From positions 14,209 through 78,208 of IMG/VR virus record IMGVR_UViG_3300024264_000019: a stretch of 64,000 nucleotides of DNA; one strand, written 5' to 3'. A model generated the notes under the pieces. That model saw only the letters and a program-made list of their open reading frames with translations, was not told the origin of the DNA and made no database searches. The position numbers were made by a program, and so were the translations under genes. The stretch comes from a virus. Positions 18,901 to 26,625 of this stretch are shown in pieces. Within the stretch, counting starts at the first letter, position 1. Each line of letters begins with the position of its first letter.

Positions 18901-21406
18901 GTCTATCTTTTTTTACTCCTTTTTTTCTAGCTGACAGATCAAAACTTGCTCCATCAGGAATATACTGAACATCAGAATAACCCTTTTTTTGTAAAAAAAC
19001 CTTGCTTTGATACTCCCCCTCTAAGCCTTTTATTTTCGATGATAAACCTTGAAACAAATCACCTAATTGCTTTGGTTGTTTTTCAGTTTTTGAGTAATTA
19101 TTAAATTTGCTATTTTGAATATTCTTAGCGGTTTCTAAAATTCCTTTATACGGTCCACTTTTTATTTGACTTCCGTATCTATTTCTAAAAGCCTTGACAG
19201 CTTTTTGATTTGTTTGATATTTTGTTAAACCTTTTTTCTCGGCTTCTGGACTTTTTTCTATCAATCCTGGCACCCCCTCACTCCCCCTAATTATTTTTGC
19301 AGCATTTTTACCAAAAAAATCGTTATTCAAATCCATTTTTTGAACTTTTACCCTACCTATGAACCTGTCTGTTAAATCTGACAATCTAGATATAGGCCCT
19401 TTACCAGCCGCTGACGCCCCTAGTTCTAGTGAGCTGTATGAATGTTTTTTATTTAATAATTTATTGAAATTAGGTATGAATCCATTTGCGGCTGTAATTT
19501 TTTTAGCGCCTTTTGGTAAGCCATACTGTTTAGCCATATCTCTATTGAAAATAGCCGTACCACCACCACCTCCAAAATTATTAACAGCCCATTCTCCAGT
19601 ATGAGCTACCACGTTTTCACTCCTCCCTCTTCCCATTTTATGGTTTTTTATTAAAACTGGCTTATCTGTTTTTCTAGCCCCACCAACTCCAGAGTTAATA
19701 TCTTGTTTTTCTTTATTTAAAGATGGGAGAAACCCATTAGACATCCTTAAAGTATTCCTCCCTTTTGTTTTTGAAGCTCCCTTTCCGACTGGCACGAATC
19801 CTTTCTCTGATGCCCCAACTCCAATTAATCTAGAGCTCGCTGCGATTCTTTTTATTAAAGCCTCTTGTTTTAATCTTTCAGCGGTTTCCTGTTTAATTAA
19901 ATTTAAAATTATTTGCTCTTGCTTTGCTGTACTACTTCCAGCTGCAAGAATTTTTTGGTATATTCCAGAATTAGTACTTAAGATTTGTCCTATAGCTGCT
20001 TGTAACCCCTGCTGTCTTTTTGATTCTCTATTTAAACCAAGAATGTCAGAAAAAGCTTCTTTGGCGAATTTTGTTACAAGCCCAAAAATCTTAAGAAAAG
20101 CAGCTCCTAATATTACCATTCCAGGCCCAGTTAAAAAACTTCCAATCCCTCTTATTAAATTTTTAGCTACATTACTACCTTCATTTTCTGAAAGTAGATC
20201 GTTTAATTTTTGAGCTAAGCTATTTAGGAATGTTAAAATTTCTTTAAAATTTCCTGAAAAAGCTAAGTTCCCTATTGATGAGGCTAATTCTTTTGCGCTA
20301 AGCTGAGTTTGAGTAAACATAGCTGACAAGGTGGTGTTTAAATCTTTATTTCTTTGTATAGCTTCGTTTGTCGTATTATTTGCAACCCCCAACGCTTTAT
20401 TGTAAATTGAGTACCCACTATTTAAGTCTTGAATTAACGCTTGGAGATTTTGTATTTGGTAAACTCCAGCCAACTGCTCCGCTGTGTAGGCTTTTTGACT
20501 ATCGCTTAATGTTTTATAGACTCCCGCATAATCTAGAATAACTGACATTGAATCTCTAAAACTTCCATCGTTATTTTTTGTAGTCACACCTATTTCTTCT
20601 AAGGCTTCTCTGACCCCACTCCTCTTAATCCTTGTAAAAATACTCTTAAATCCATTACCAATAACAGACCCACCTCTAGCGGTTCTTTGTTGAACCGCAG
20701 TTACCACAGCAGCTAACTCGTTAAAAGAAACCCCTGAAGACTGAGCTACAGCCCCAGCTCTTGACATAGCTTCAGCTAAATCTGCAGATGAAACAGCAAA
20801 AGCTGCGTCAACATTAGCCATTCTGTTAATTATTTGTGAATGAGTAATTCCTTCTTTATTAAAAGAGTTGATTGCAGCTGTTAAAGTTTCTGTCGACTTA
20901 ACAGCATCTAAGCCTGACAATCGACTTAAGATTAAAGCTGAATTCACCCGAGCTAAAGTTTCTTCTGCGCTTAATCCTTGTCTAGCAAGTTCCGTGGCTG
21001 ATTCCGCAACATCCTTAAAAGATGTTGCTGTATTTCTAGCAACATCAAAAAGTCCAGCTCCAAATTTTTGCATAGCTTGGTTTGAGGCTTCCATAACTAC
21101 CTGCACGTCTTTTAAAGATTTTTCGACTTCAGCGGTTGTTTGAATCATAGCTCTAAATGCGTCACTTACCCCATTAATTACTCCAACAGCAGCTCCAAAA
21201 GCAAAAACTCTAGCTGCAGAAGCATCCATGGATTTTTGAAACTCACTAGCTGAATTAGTTATTCTACCAAGGGGTTGAACGATACCATTGGCGTTTAGCG
21301 TAGGCGACATCTGCATTTTATTAACAGCTCTCTGCGCGCCCTGCGCATCTCTAATTATACTCTGCCTGTAACCAGTTGCAGCTGTAGGTATATTAACAAC
21401 ACTCAT
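9923..21406 (-). CDS. Tail tape measure protein (3827 aa) with inserted cargo domains
   Basis: N-terminal TP901/PhageMin_Tail-like core (GAGLFDVARNTATSFKDVAESATELARQGLSAEETL), Gly-rich transmembrane stretches, position after tail tube and chaperones, SD AAGGA. Confidence 0.9.
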   Translation of the reverse strand: MSVVNIPTAATGYRQSIIRDAQGAQRAVNKMQMSPTLNANGIVQPLGRITNSASEFQKSMDASAARVFAFGAAVGVINGVSDAFRAMIQTTAEVEKSLKDVQVVMEASNQAMQKFGAGLFDVARNTATSFKDVAESATELARQGLSAEETLARVNSALILSRLSGLDAVKSTETLTAAINSFNKEGITHSQIINRMANVDAAFAVSSADLAEAMSRAGAVAQSSGVSFNELAAVVTAVQQRTARGGSVIGNGFKSIFTRIKRSGVREALEEIGVTTKNNDGSFRDSMSVILDYAGVYKTLSDSQKAYTAEQLAGVYQIQNLQALIQDLNSGYSIYNKALGVANNTTNEAIQRNKDLNTTLSAMFTQTQLSAKELASSIGNLAFSGNFKEILTFLNSLAQKLNDLLSENEGSNVAKNLIRGIGSFLTGPGMVILGAAFLKIFGLVTKFAKEAFSDILGLNRESKRQQGLQAAIGQILSTNSGIYQKILAAGSSTAKQEQIILNLIKQETAERLKQEALIKRIAASSRLIGVGASEKGFVPVGKGASKTKGRNTLRMSNGFLPSLNKEKQDINSGVGGARKTDKPVLIKNHKMGRGRSENVVAHTGEWAVNNFGGGGGTAIFNRDMAKQYGLPKGAKKITAANGFIPNFNKLLNKKHSYSSLELGASAAGKGPISRLSDLTDRFIGRVKVQKMDLNNDFFGKNAAKIIRGSEGVPGLIEKSPEAEKKGLTKYQTNQKAVKAFRNRYGSQIKSGPYKGILETAKNIQNSKFNNYSKTEKQPKQLGDLFQGLSSKIKGLEGEYQSKVFLQKKGYSDVQYIPDGASFDLSARKKGVKKDRLFETKATKKQNVVVALKKAADQYLNMVAAKQKGLGEKPIGHKNNKRENINLTSGNALFGGGINMITPSDTKLSQSVISANKESFKQTDSFRVLRSMIDPDFKNKQAIYKYSSQDKLSKIFSTRIKSIDNQKELEFYKKYVTNNLNKNATIPKSIEDFIKRKDSSQSQSLFLDPNHRIPSGGVRSASSGFIPNFIDKRNRYQKIQDTLKDPANKNIKFKSSLFKRESVSTVKKGMGGEFQKLWLESYFKKGLEGDFQMLMKMGYNPDKLLSLRKHFKKGGKIDIKTMGKGFIPNYANSSEVNSNLIPNFARNALSEALQRETEAGVPRSKIRIERSPDLITKENPIGLAVTNTRDEPMGISQGIKRAKAEGVDPRTYGSARAKTPNFAAGVQTKKGFFTTQKINRLKDGDFSKDPQGEKVYLNMFSVEDQKKIKGFKAQNSKENIVAKKQASRDIKNKMPTIDASTQATMLVATNNIRRRVDTSYKTEKGNVRMKYRVEGIKPKSLKNTEGNIRSRIEDLMLGESSRLAREMAGAGNFGMNIPGISRMANAGSVGSASGSIFETALQAVGKNRLFTKNNASFDINGTPDEKLQKLFGYYTPFADAKIALNADTKRDFSSKVLKIPQNTVKLSKAQKEKQMEVSRTSRKSYGPLTKAATGYIPNFAGLRKNQKQDLVTAGFAKNHKEASKKYNHMDHHYLIDKKLSKKEWLRQKSFDVEYGKMTGVRYLGKQKGYGAFPGNQEASIGSQTKRSSRIAKTSAVGAAVSMNAVSQIQNTVQGLVSRVGNIEKQIGVQNLSSGYIPNFALRDRDKSIRKLDPNTGSVGFIESIVKESMLSGDKNFTKEAKEVAGNRSLVIDRKNQEIKIDGKEISPKDLRRIILDPKNKKLIQGEVNSRLVKFQQKSGLAEHLNFFLGSGATPLEKRQKDMRSAVDIDKRHFFKDKGYWGMSGEGISSLIQKNGGRSLDLDNFLNQTVIHSQASTEKRRQLQEKNKKKKGRGINTSMLSPGYVSEKAQQLGLAVKDKAVAMGGKFMNTVGAIPSDLANIIDLRNMNLMSPVERASKKALEKKEKFIKKAVEAKEALESSKLNSLKNRSNIVRNATFRATGPDGIKYNDLKFVGSNDQTQTTRYYSKSTGKNVDFKGSEDPNGKKVQRLFEVENKAKAQIEKRTARREKLQGMKQDVKQYGTYFVDKAGNFVKSTAINLPKAIASGAVRSIASATGPFRQIDATRGISETLSLVGKGGSRVGSSVVNGLKNFKDKKMSLPMSGFIEGLNEKYERSKSVGRNVLAFGHKKIRKTRDKYQDSKKWMNDFFNSFGKNSFNPEVGSWSSGSSKEEKTKKSIIEKTKSIQNKTERSKIFKGISSAWGKGVNSFRDLLYVLENYEEVSKTGKAKGPSIFNKSFDQLTNVNYKQLGSRIKDGKAFLGEKLISPLTYYARTGASKTKEFGQKQFLNIQNKLIGLQKFGKEKFSKPREFLNKNKKRLGVAGALGAGAGAIGLGIKGLSGLSSVGQTVGLGGKAVAAGKLALGVGGAGGAGVGGSVVGDLLTTGGVGTGIGLAGYAMYKYRDKLKNNKLTKSLRESVSGVPIKMGSDTFYLKRKDAESYKRKNEDIKYDFKSTQSKAMDLLSGRSGGDVNELRNIEKQIEKIKIQKEALDEFYQKYSKKTQRGKPGKKRPTSLTRRLGGDGLPEYRFGSRSNRFSEGRIPNFARPARRFKQFNKNKYLKELKIGKNKNEQYKIDAYVKAAGGARKFQRIHEKFGLDKIDDVFQILGFSKGHIPNFSKLANLILAHNKKIQASKPLGGQEFSNLSGRVADFNRRIQGSKQGELKTRPVTSIDRKQPFKISKRNRIQDLDNIKRFTNSSEFKNLPKELQEKLILFYNNKKANVSSLKNMDPEYLRHSANPSFKGKISNYGNGFLPNFALDQAIARESEALKQRGISSSKIKVEKSSLLKGPMNPQGLAVINTVDEPMGIQQGINRANKTGLNPKTHGIPSFAISPEEKKLIKEKELFKLEQERKQSKLLGRDKILNPYAGMDSDKGFELKQQQDRHNQRSQGSRGFNKIRKHGLSPVARQRMSNANAMAGGASMGAMFMGPMAAEMIRDGRQDEAVGGSGRLGMDVLNSAAMGAAFGPIGMGLGAFQGVSSGLNQMSNRDSQADTFKALSKAKKDLDKVMKDTSSIQNLAMGVQQLQAASQSGDTKGIIAANTQIRESINKISDPEVQSRMNQLANSGMSASQKLALLGEAIKNMGAQAAARTALLQAGTAANEDDKMGPGTVAKSWFGDLVQTAVAGAKTGLDFLTGEGNTYDYNKETLSGRDPMQGKLGEATDMARNLNDSFETQARMLAQQQVASRISEGTSFVSGSEDLRGKTQEEIALARQTDLKLDAGMQQEEARAFNDLFKEAMSNFAKTGKLSTSKVGKSLEEMPGGAQSFENFDRLATSEDGTMLTFGGAVLKEFAQSALDGKEALESMGDGIQKAVEIQSKIVNLEEKLLSEYQNMLQAQQNVDTMMSRFQSNQSLKDYQGETKTMARSSANEYLSSRNYIDPRGFQGRQASIENDDIKRRNESGLITELMNEVASNIDMSALFNPSEIEKREMNIKEPKPTSGTGKFEQDVQRQQSEQNQMLARQFAEFAAGNKDGNVTLKEMKGFLGSIKGTGQKGNRIAQNARDLEVASSQKMIAELQRVAINQLIASGDASSSRLENQGGRRLNDGDIKTGVDAAINSDSSIIPTLGRLPTDDSAAPVADSIDAFRTLADVLGVSSTIFTGLNSDTENYIVALANVNDIMEQLQNMDPEKAAELRPVFEKIKANLEADLKNSERVAEELKKVAGKEGLDPNLVKDPIKGLTVQLGNLWKQGLAVTNLSTITTPLQDLVNRLTSQEGEPPVETPPNGGNSDGEKPPTTSPPEGSQDFSAAIKVIQELPAQLSEQLGGLVINHEVKGGITFDFNSEVVKGVLTPVMRDQLRSILQEGVILDYLATALAPKIDPQGVLR

Positions 21407-21435
21407 AATTCCTTTTTCCTTACTTCTGTATACAC

Positions 21436-22425
21436 TTATTTTTTATGCATATTCATGAAATCTTCCATATTCAATTCTCCACCTTTTTCTTTTGCTATGT
21501 CGTGTATGCCTTTACCTCTCTGCTCTCGAACTCCCATTTTCTCTAAATCTTTCTTGCTCGCTCCAACATATGAAAATCCATCAGAGTTGTTTGATCTATC
21601 TAAGACTCTTTTAGCTTTTTCCTTTTTAACTTTTGACTCTTCTAAATATGCTAATATCTTACCTGCGTCTTTTGATATATCATCTGGTATTTCTTTGTTT
21701 TCAAATATAGATTTAAACATTTTTCCGTAATTTAATAAATTAATTTGATAATAACTTAAATCAAGAGGGTGTTTTTTAAAAAAACCAGAAAGATCTTTGT
21801 CGTAAAGATTTAATAAATTTTTAAACATACCCGATATTGATAACTGCTGTATATTTTTATCGCTAAATTTATCCATAACTTCATTGTACTCATTATATAA
21901 CTTTTGCAATGAGAAGACGTCTAGCTCATCAAACTCACTTTTTTTCCACCTCAACTCCTTACACTCCACATCTAAAAACAAAGTTTTTTGAAGAAACGTT
22001 TCATTACTTTTTTTATCTGCATAATTTTCAGCGCTAATCCTTGTTAATTCGTTTCTAATTTTTTTATTTTTTAAATGCTTAGTCTCAATCTCATCTATTC
22101 TTTGTTGTATTTTTTTCTTTTCTGAATCTTTAAATAAATTAATCAAAGTTTGTTTTAAATTTTTTAATTCAGTTGAATGTACCAGCAACTCTTCTTCGTC
22201 TTTCTTTGTCCACTGCTCTGTCTCATCTAAGGTTTTTAATAACTCTTCCTCTGTTGGTACGCCTTTTCCCTTCGCCTTTAACAATAAAGCCTCTCTATCC
22301 TCCTCCATAACCGCAATATCATCTACTCCAGGATGCTTAACATAAAAAAGGCTTCCCTGAAAAGTTAACTCAGAAAAGCCTTTTTTAATTTCTGTAAAAA
22401 TTTTATTTAATTTTTCTTCTTTCAT
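21436..22425 (-). CDS. Putative tail assembly chaperone
   Basis: Charged helical protein immediately upstream of the TMP; function by synteny. Confidence 0.5.
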   Translation of the reverse strand: MKEEKLNKIFTEIKKGFSELTFQGSLFYVKHPGVDDIAVMEEDREALLLKAKGKGVPTEEELLKTLDETEQWTKKDEEELLVHSTELKNLKQTLINLFKDSEKKKIQQRIDEIETKHLKNKKIRNELTRISAENYADKKSNETFLQKTLFLDVECKELRWKKSEFDELDVFSLQKLYNEYNEVMDKFSDKNIQQLSISGMFKNLLNLYDKDLSGFFKKHPLDLSYYQINLLNYGKMFKSIFENKEIPDDISKDAGKILAYLEESKVKKEKAKRVLDRSNNSDGFSYVGASKKDLEKMGVREQRGKGIHDIAKEKGGELNMEDFMNMHKK

Positions 22426-22435
22426 CCTGCATGAT

Positions 22436-23305
22436 TTAAGCAGGTTCTTTTTCTTCTTTTGTTGACTCAGTTAAATCTTCTTCCTCCTCCTCCTCTTCTT
22501 CATTCCTTTGATTAGTTTTCATTTCTTTGAAAATATCATCGAGACCTTCTTGTCCTTGAGTTCCACTTACGTACCATATTGTCACAATAGAAGAAATTTT
22601 ATCTATTATTTTTTCATACAACTCTTCCCCCTCTTCTTCAGCAAGTTCGTAAGCTTTATATTTTTCTTTAAAATCATCCCCCTCGAATAAATTTTCAAAA
22701 GGAGCGTCATCAGCTTCACCCTCTACAAAATAAGACAAATGAAGAATGTACCACATGATAGCTCTATTTCTAGCCTTAACATCAGCGGTGTGATCAAATA
22801 ATGAATTTTGAACCATTTCGTACTCAGTTAAGTCTTTCTTAATTTCAGACATTTCTTTTACAGCTTGCTCTAATTTAATTTTTTGCCGCTCTGATAATTT
22901 TCCATTCTCACTTAGGATTGAGAATTGTTGAACTTCTAGTTGCTTACTATGCATTTTATACAACAACGTGGAGTACAACTTTTGCTCTTTTTCTGACCAT
23001 ACCCCCCCTTGGTTACCATACTGCTTAGCTAGCATCGCTTTTGTCAACATGCCCATTTTTATGAATTTATTCAATTCTAAACTATAGAACATGTCACCTT
23101 CTTCAAGCTCGCTTCTGTTTGGTTTTTTAATAACCACTTTATATGGAACATCTTTCTTGACTGTAACTTTTTCTTTCGAAGTTACGACTTCCATCTTCCC
23201 TGTTTCTTTATTTTTTCGTTTTGATTTTTTTTCAACTTCTTCCTCGACTTCCTTATTTAAATCGACCGAGAAAGAGTAGAGCGTATTTTTTTCTGTAATA
23301 TTCAT
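22436..23305 (-). CDS. Putative tail assembly chaperone
   Basis: Charged helical protein between tail tube and TMP; function by synteny. Confidence 0.5.
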   Translation of the reverse strand: MNITEKNTLYSFSVDLNKEVEEEVEKKSKRKNKETGKMEVVTSKEKVTVKKDVPYKVVIKKPNRSELEEGDMFYSLELNKFIKMGMLTKAMLAKQYGNQGGVWSEKEQKLYSTLLYKMHSKQLEVQQFSILSENGKLSERQKIKLEQAVKEMSEIKKDLTEYEMVQNSLFDHTADVKARNRAIMWYILHLSYFVEGEADDAPFENLFEGDDFKEKYKAYELAEEEGEELYEKIIDKISSIVTIWYVSGTQGQEGLDDIFKEMKTNQRNEEEEEEEEDLTESTKEEKEPA

Positions 23306-23313
23306 ATTTCCTT

Positions 23314-24021
23314 TTACCTGTATTTGTAGTTAAATTTTTCGATATCTTTTTTGTATATTTCTGAAACCTTATTAGCTGTTTCATCAGTGTAATACTCCCA
23401 ATAAGGCTTCCTGCTTGATGAGTTTATTTTTCCTATCTCTGAATAGTTTAATTCAAAGTTTTTACATATTTCCTTTAAGTCGTCTTGTAAGTTTTCCACC
23501 CTGTAGACTTTATCCACCATTAAGTTTTCATTCTCATCGTAAAGGTGATCATATTGAGGTAATGTATGCCAAAATAAGTCGGTGTGATTTTTGGGGGCGG
23601 GTATAGCCTTTATAAAATCTTCAAATTTTTCAATGCTAGATCTATTTTTCCATGCGGAGACAACTCGATCCCAAGGATTCCTAACGAAAGCAAATTTGAA
23701 ATAGTTATTCCATGTACTTTGATTAATAAGTTTGTAACATTTTTTTTCATTATCATTAATGTTCTCAATGTATATTGCTTTATTATTTGTTAGATTAGCT
23801 ATTGTATTTTTTCTAGATATCAGATTAATATTATTTTTAATTCTTTGGCAGCAACCCTTTGAGTATTCGAAATCTGGAGCCACATCATCTCTTTTTCCAT
23901 TTATAGGTGAATATCTAATATTCTCCCAACCCTGGGAGTTTAAAAACACACTTAATGAAGTTCCAGCGTTTTTAGGGACGTGAAAAAAAAGAGCTTTTTT
24001 ATTGTGACTTATTTTTGCCAT
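23314..24021 (-). CDS. Sulfotransferase family 2 protein (carbohydrate sulfotransferase-like)
   Basis: PAPS-binding motifs FFHVPKNAGTS and FAFVRNPWDRVVSAW; C-terminal YKKDIEKFNY. Confidence 0.88.
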   Translation of the reverse strand: MAKISHNKKALFFHVPKNAGTSLSVFLNSQGWENIRYSPINGKRDDVAPDFEYSKGCCQRIKNNINLISRKNTIANLTNNKAIYIENINDNEKKCYKLINQSTWNNYFKFAFVRNPWDRVVSAWKNRSSIEKFEDFIKAIPAPKNHTDLFWHTLPQYDHLYDENENLMVDKVYRVENLQDDLKEICKNFELNYSEIGKINSSSRKPYWEYYTDETANKVSEIYKKDIEKFNYKYR

Positions 24022-24037
24022 ACATCTTATAGTAAAA

Positions 24038-24322
24038 TTATTTCTTGATTTTTATATCAAAATTTTCCATATAAGATATTAATTCTCTTCGAGCGTCGTT
24101 TCCAGAATCTAGGATTTTCTTCCTAAGGAAGTTTAATTGAGCTTCATCTAAATATTCAGCTTGGGTTAAAATCTTCTCTTCTTCGGGAATGGATTTTTTT
24201 AATTTATCAAATTGTACATCGTGATCTCTTTGAAGCTCTTGTATGAGCCCCAAGAAATGTTTGTACAAACTCGTGATTGATCTAACCACCTGAAACTCTA
24301 GTAGTTCTCGTTCGTTTTTCAT
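24038..24322 (-). CDS. Hypothetical protein
   Basis: ORF MKNERELLEFQV..., preceded by AAGG and a GTGTA motif. Confidence 0.65.
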   Translation of the reverse strand: MKNERELLEFQVVRSITSLYKHFLGLIQELQRDHDVQFDKLKKSIPEEEKILTQAEYLDEAQLNFLRKKILDSGNDARRELISYMENFDIKIKK

Positions 24323-24352
24323 ATATACCTTATACCTTATATGAGTATACAC

Positions 24353-24384
24353 AAAAAAACCTCGCCTGAGACGAGGTTTTTTTT
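24353..24384. terminator. Bidirectional intrinsic terminator after the tail tube gene
   Basis: A-tract, CCTCG stem, 7-nt loop, CGAGG stem, T-tract. Confidence 0.85.
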
Positions 24385-24402
24385 GCCTTTAAGTTTTAAA
24401 GA

Positions 24403-25686
24403 TTAAGGGAGGGTTGGAGTTGTAGTAGTCGTGGTCGTGGTCGTAACTGTAGGAGTTTGAACGGGTAGGCCACTATTAGCAGTTACTGAATTACCAGCTT
24501 CACTAATCAAGAAAATACCATTTTCAGAATCATTTGCTCCTCCAACTTGGGAGGAAAATGTGAGATCAACTGTTTTATTGTCTCCAATAGACGCTGAAAA
24601 AGATTGTGTGTCAAGAATAGCATTCTTCATTAAGTATACCAAAGCGTTGTTTTTTCCACATCTAGTATTCAATACAATAGCTATATCTCTCTTTTGCTCA
24701 GATCCGCAAAGCAATCCGTCAAGACTACCATCAGAAAATTCTGTCATTAAAGCTGATACGCTCAATGTCATATTCACAGGAAAATCAACTTTTCGCTTGA
24801 ATGGGTATAAGCTGCCTAATCGATTCAATGGACTTCTTCCAACAGGAACATCAAGTGAAATGTTTTGTACGTGAATCGCGCTTTGAGATTTAGTTTCATT
24901 TACACCTGGAAGAACTGCTCCTCCAACGCTTAATTTTCCAGCTTCATTTGTATTGAAATATCCCTTCGCATCAAAATCAATCGATATATCACCAGGACGA
25001 ATAGCAAAAAGCTCCTCACCACCTACAGAAATATCTCCATCGCTTGACGTTACATTGGTAAAGTTAACTTTATTAGGTAACCTAGCTCCAGTAGAAGAAT
25101 CAGTATCAATAGCAGGATTATCAAAAGCCGCATTTAGCCCGTTTTTAAACATGATATTAGAAGCTTCAACTGAGACACTTGCTGATGCAAGTTCTCCAAC
25201 CGCAGCGGTAATACCATAACTTGTAATAAATCCATTTCCAATTCCAATAACTCCATGATCTGCGGCAGATACTGGATTTTGTCCATGAACGTCTTCACCT
25301 TCTGGAACAGTTACTACATAATAATTAAGTTCATCAAAATCATTTGATCCATCAAGAAGTTGTTTGGTCATTGGTATTGCACCGCTTAATTGAAAATTAG
25401 AGCCACTATTAATATTAAAACCAAGATCTGCCTCTTGAGTACCATCTGTTAAATAGTAAGAAAAATCTAAACCTACTGTGGGAGGCTCTGTCACTTCTCT
25501 TGAAAGTGCGGCTAGTTGCCCAAATTCGTTAACATCAGTACGAGAAACCTCAAGGTTGTAGCTCATATCTTGTACTCTATTTATCTCTTTTAAGTCGCCA
25601 TCGTCAATTAAATCCGAGGCTCCTGTCCCTTTAAGTTTACTAGTGTAAAGAGATTCACTTTGGTATATTACTCTATCTGTTGCCAT
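24403..25686 (-). CDS. Major tail tube protein
   Basis: INRVQDMSYNLEVSRTDVNEFGQ...PPTVGLDFSYY beta pattern, synteny, strong downstream terminator, Thr-rich C-terminus. Confidence 0.7.
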   Translation of the reverse strand: MATDRVIYQSESLYTSKLKGTGASDLIDDGDLKEINRVQDMSYNLEVSRTDVNEFGQLAALSREVTEPPTVGLDFSYYLTDGTQEADLGFNINSGSNFQLSGAIPMTKQLLDGSNDFDELNYYVVTVPEGEDVHGQNPVSAADHGVIGIGNGFITSYGITAAVGELASASVSVEASNIMFKNGLNAAFDNPAIDTDSSTGARLPNKVNFTNVTSSDGDISVGGEELFAIRPGDISIDFDAKGYFNTNEAGKLSVGGAVLPGVNETKSQSAIHVQNISLDVPVGRSPLNRLGSLYPFKRKVDFPVNMTLSVSALMTEFSDGSLDGLLCGSEQKRDIAIVLNTRCGKNNALVYLMKNAILDTQSFSASIGDNKTVDLTFSSQVGGANDSENGIFLISEAGNSVTANSGLPVQTPTVTTTTTTTTTPTLP

Positions 25687-25746
25687 AATTTTTTAAAAGT
25701 TTTAAGTTATACATTTATATACATCAAAATTTAATAAATGTGAAAT

Positions 25747-26625
25747 TTATCTTTTGAAAATTTTCCTAGGGTTTCTTGGCTTGCATAAAGTAAAATCAAT
25801 AAAGCCTATCTTGTAGTCGCTTGATGATGTTATCTTCTCCCTAGATCTATCTGTTAATTTAGAAGATCTAACTTCTTCAACGAATACAAATTCAGATGAA
25901 TTATTAATCAAATTTCCATATTTATAAGGGTGCTGCTTAATGTGTGAAAACTCCCCAAATGGAAAATCTTCAAATTCAATCAATCCAAAATTAGTTCTTG
26001 CAGAGTCTCTGAATAAAGATAATACTCCATCTAATGTGTAATTAGAATCCGCAACTATTACAGCTCTCATATTTAAGACTGTGCTATCCATACCCCCCAT
26101 TGCGAATGGCACGTTTTCAGAATTCTCCAGTGTTATAAACATTGCAGGGACTGTATATATCTTATCGCTGAACCCTCCGTTTGTTTGTAAATAAGTTTGA
26201 TTAGCTGGAGAGATGATGAAATCACTATTTAAAATAACACTTTCTTCTGTTTCGTCTGTTATGTATATATTAACCGTCTTATACGCAAAATCCCCTGTTA
26301 TATTTAATGATTGACTCGATCCATGGCGACTCGTTGTATCAACTAACACTCTTCCATTATTGTAATCTATGTATATTCCATCTTTATCCTTGACCGTAGA
26401 TCCATCAATTACCACTTCGTCAGGAACCGCAATCTTATCGGATGACCACATAAATTGCCTATAGGGACTATAGAAAGCGTTATAATTCAAAGGAGTATCT
26501 ACTGTATCTACGTATACAAAAGTATGATTTATTGATGGCTGATAAGCTTGAGCGAAATATGATAATCTATCATCGCACCATAGATAAAAACTAGACAATA
26601 ATTTATGATCAAAACCCGCATTCAT
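25747..26625 (-). CDS. Putative tail terminator/neck protein
   Basis: Synteny between head-completion genes and tail tube. Confidence 0.45.
   Translation of the reverse strand: MNAGFDHKLLSSFYLWCDDRLSYFAQAYQPSINHTFVYVDTVDTPLNYNAFYSPYRQFMWSSDKIAVPDEVVIDGSTVKDKDGIYIDYNNGRVLVDTTSRHGSSQSLNITGDFAYKTVNIYITDETEESVILNSDFIISPANQTYLQTNGGFSDKIYTVPAMFITLENSENVPFAMGGMDSTVLNMRAVIVADSNYTLDGVLSLFRDSARTNFGLIEFEDFPFGEFSHIKQHPYKYGNLINNSSEFVFVEEVRSSKLTDRSREKITSSSDYKIGFIDFTLCKPRNPRKIFKR

Noticed and set aside
21436-23305. Programmed frameshift between the tail chaperone genes
   Set aside because: The two ORFs do not overlap, each has its own ATG, and the second has an SD-like AGGA; no slippery heptamer is evident at the junction.
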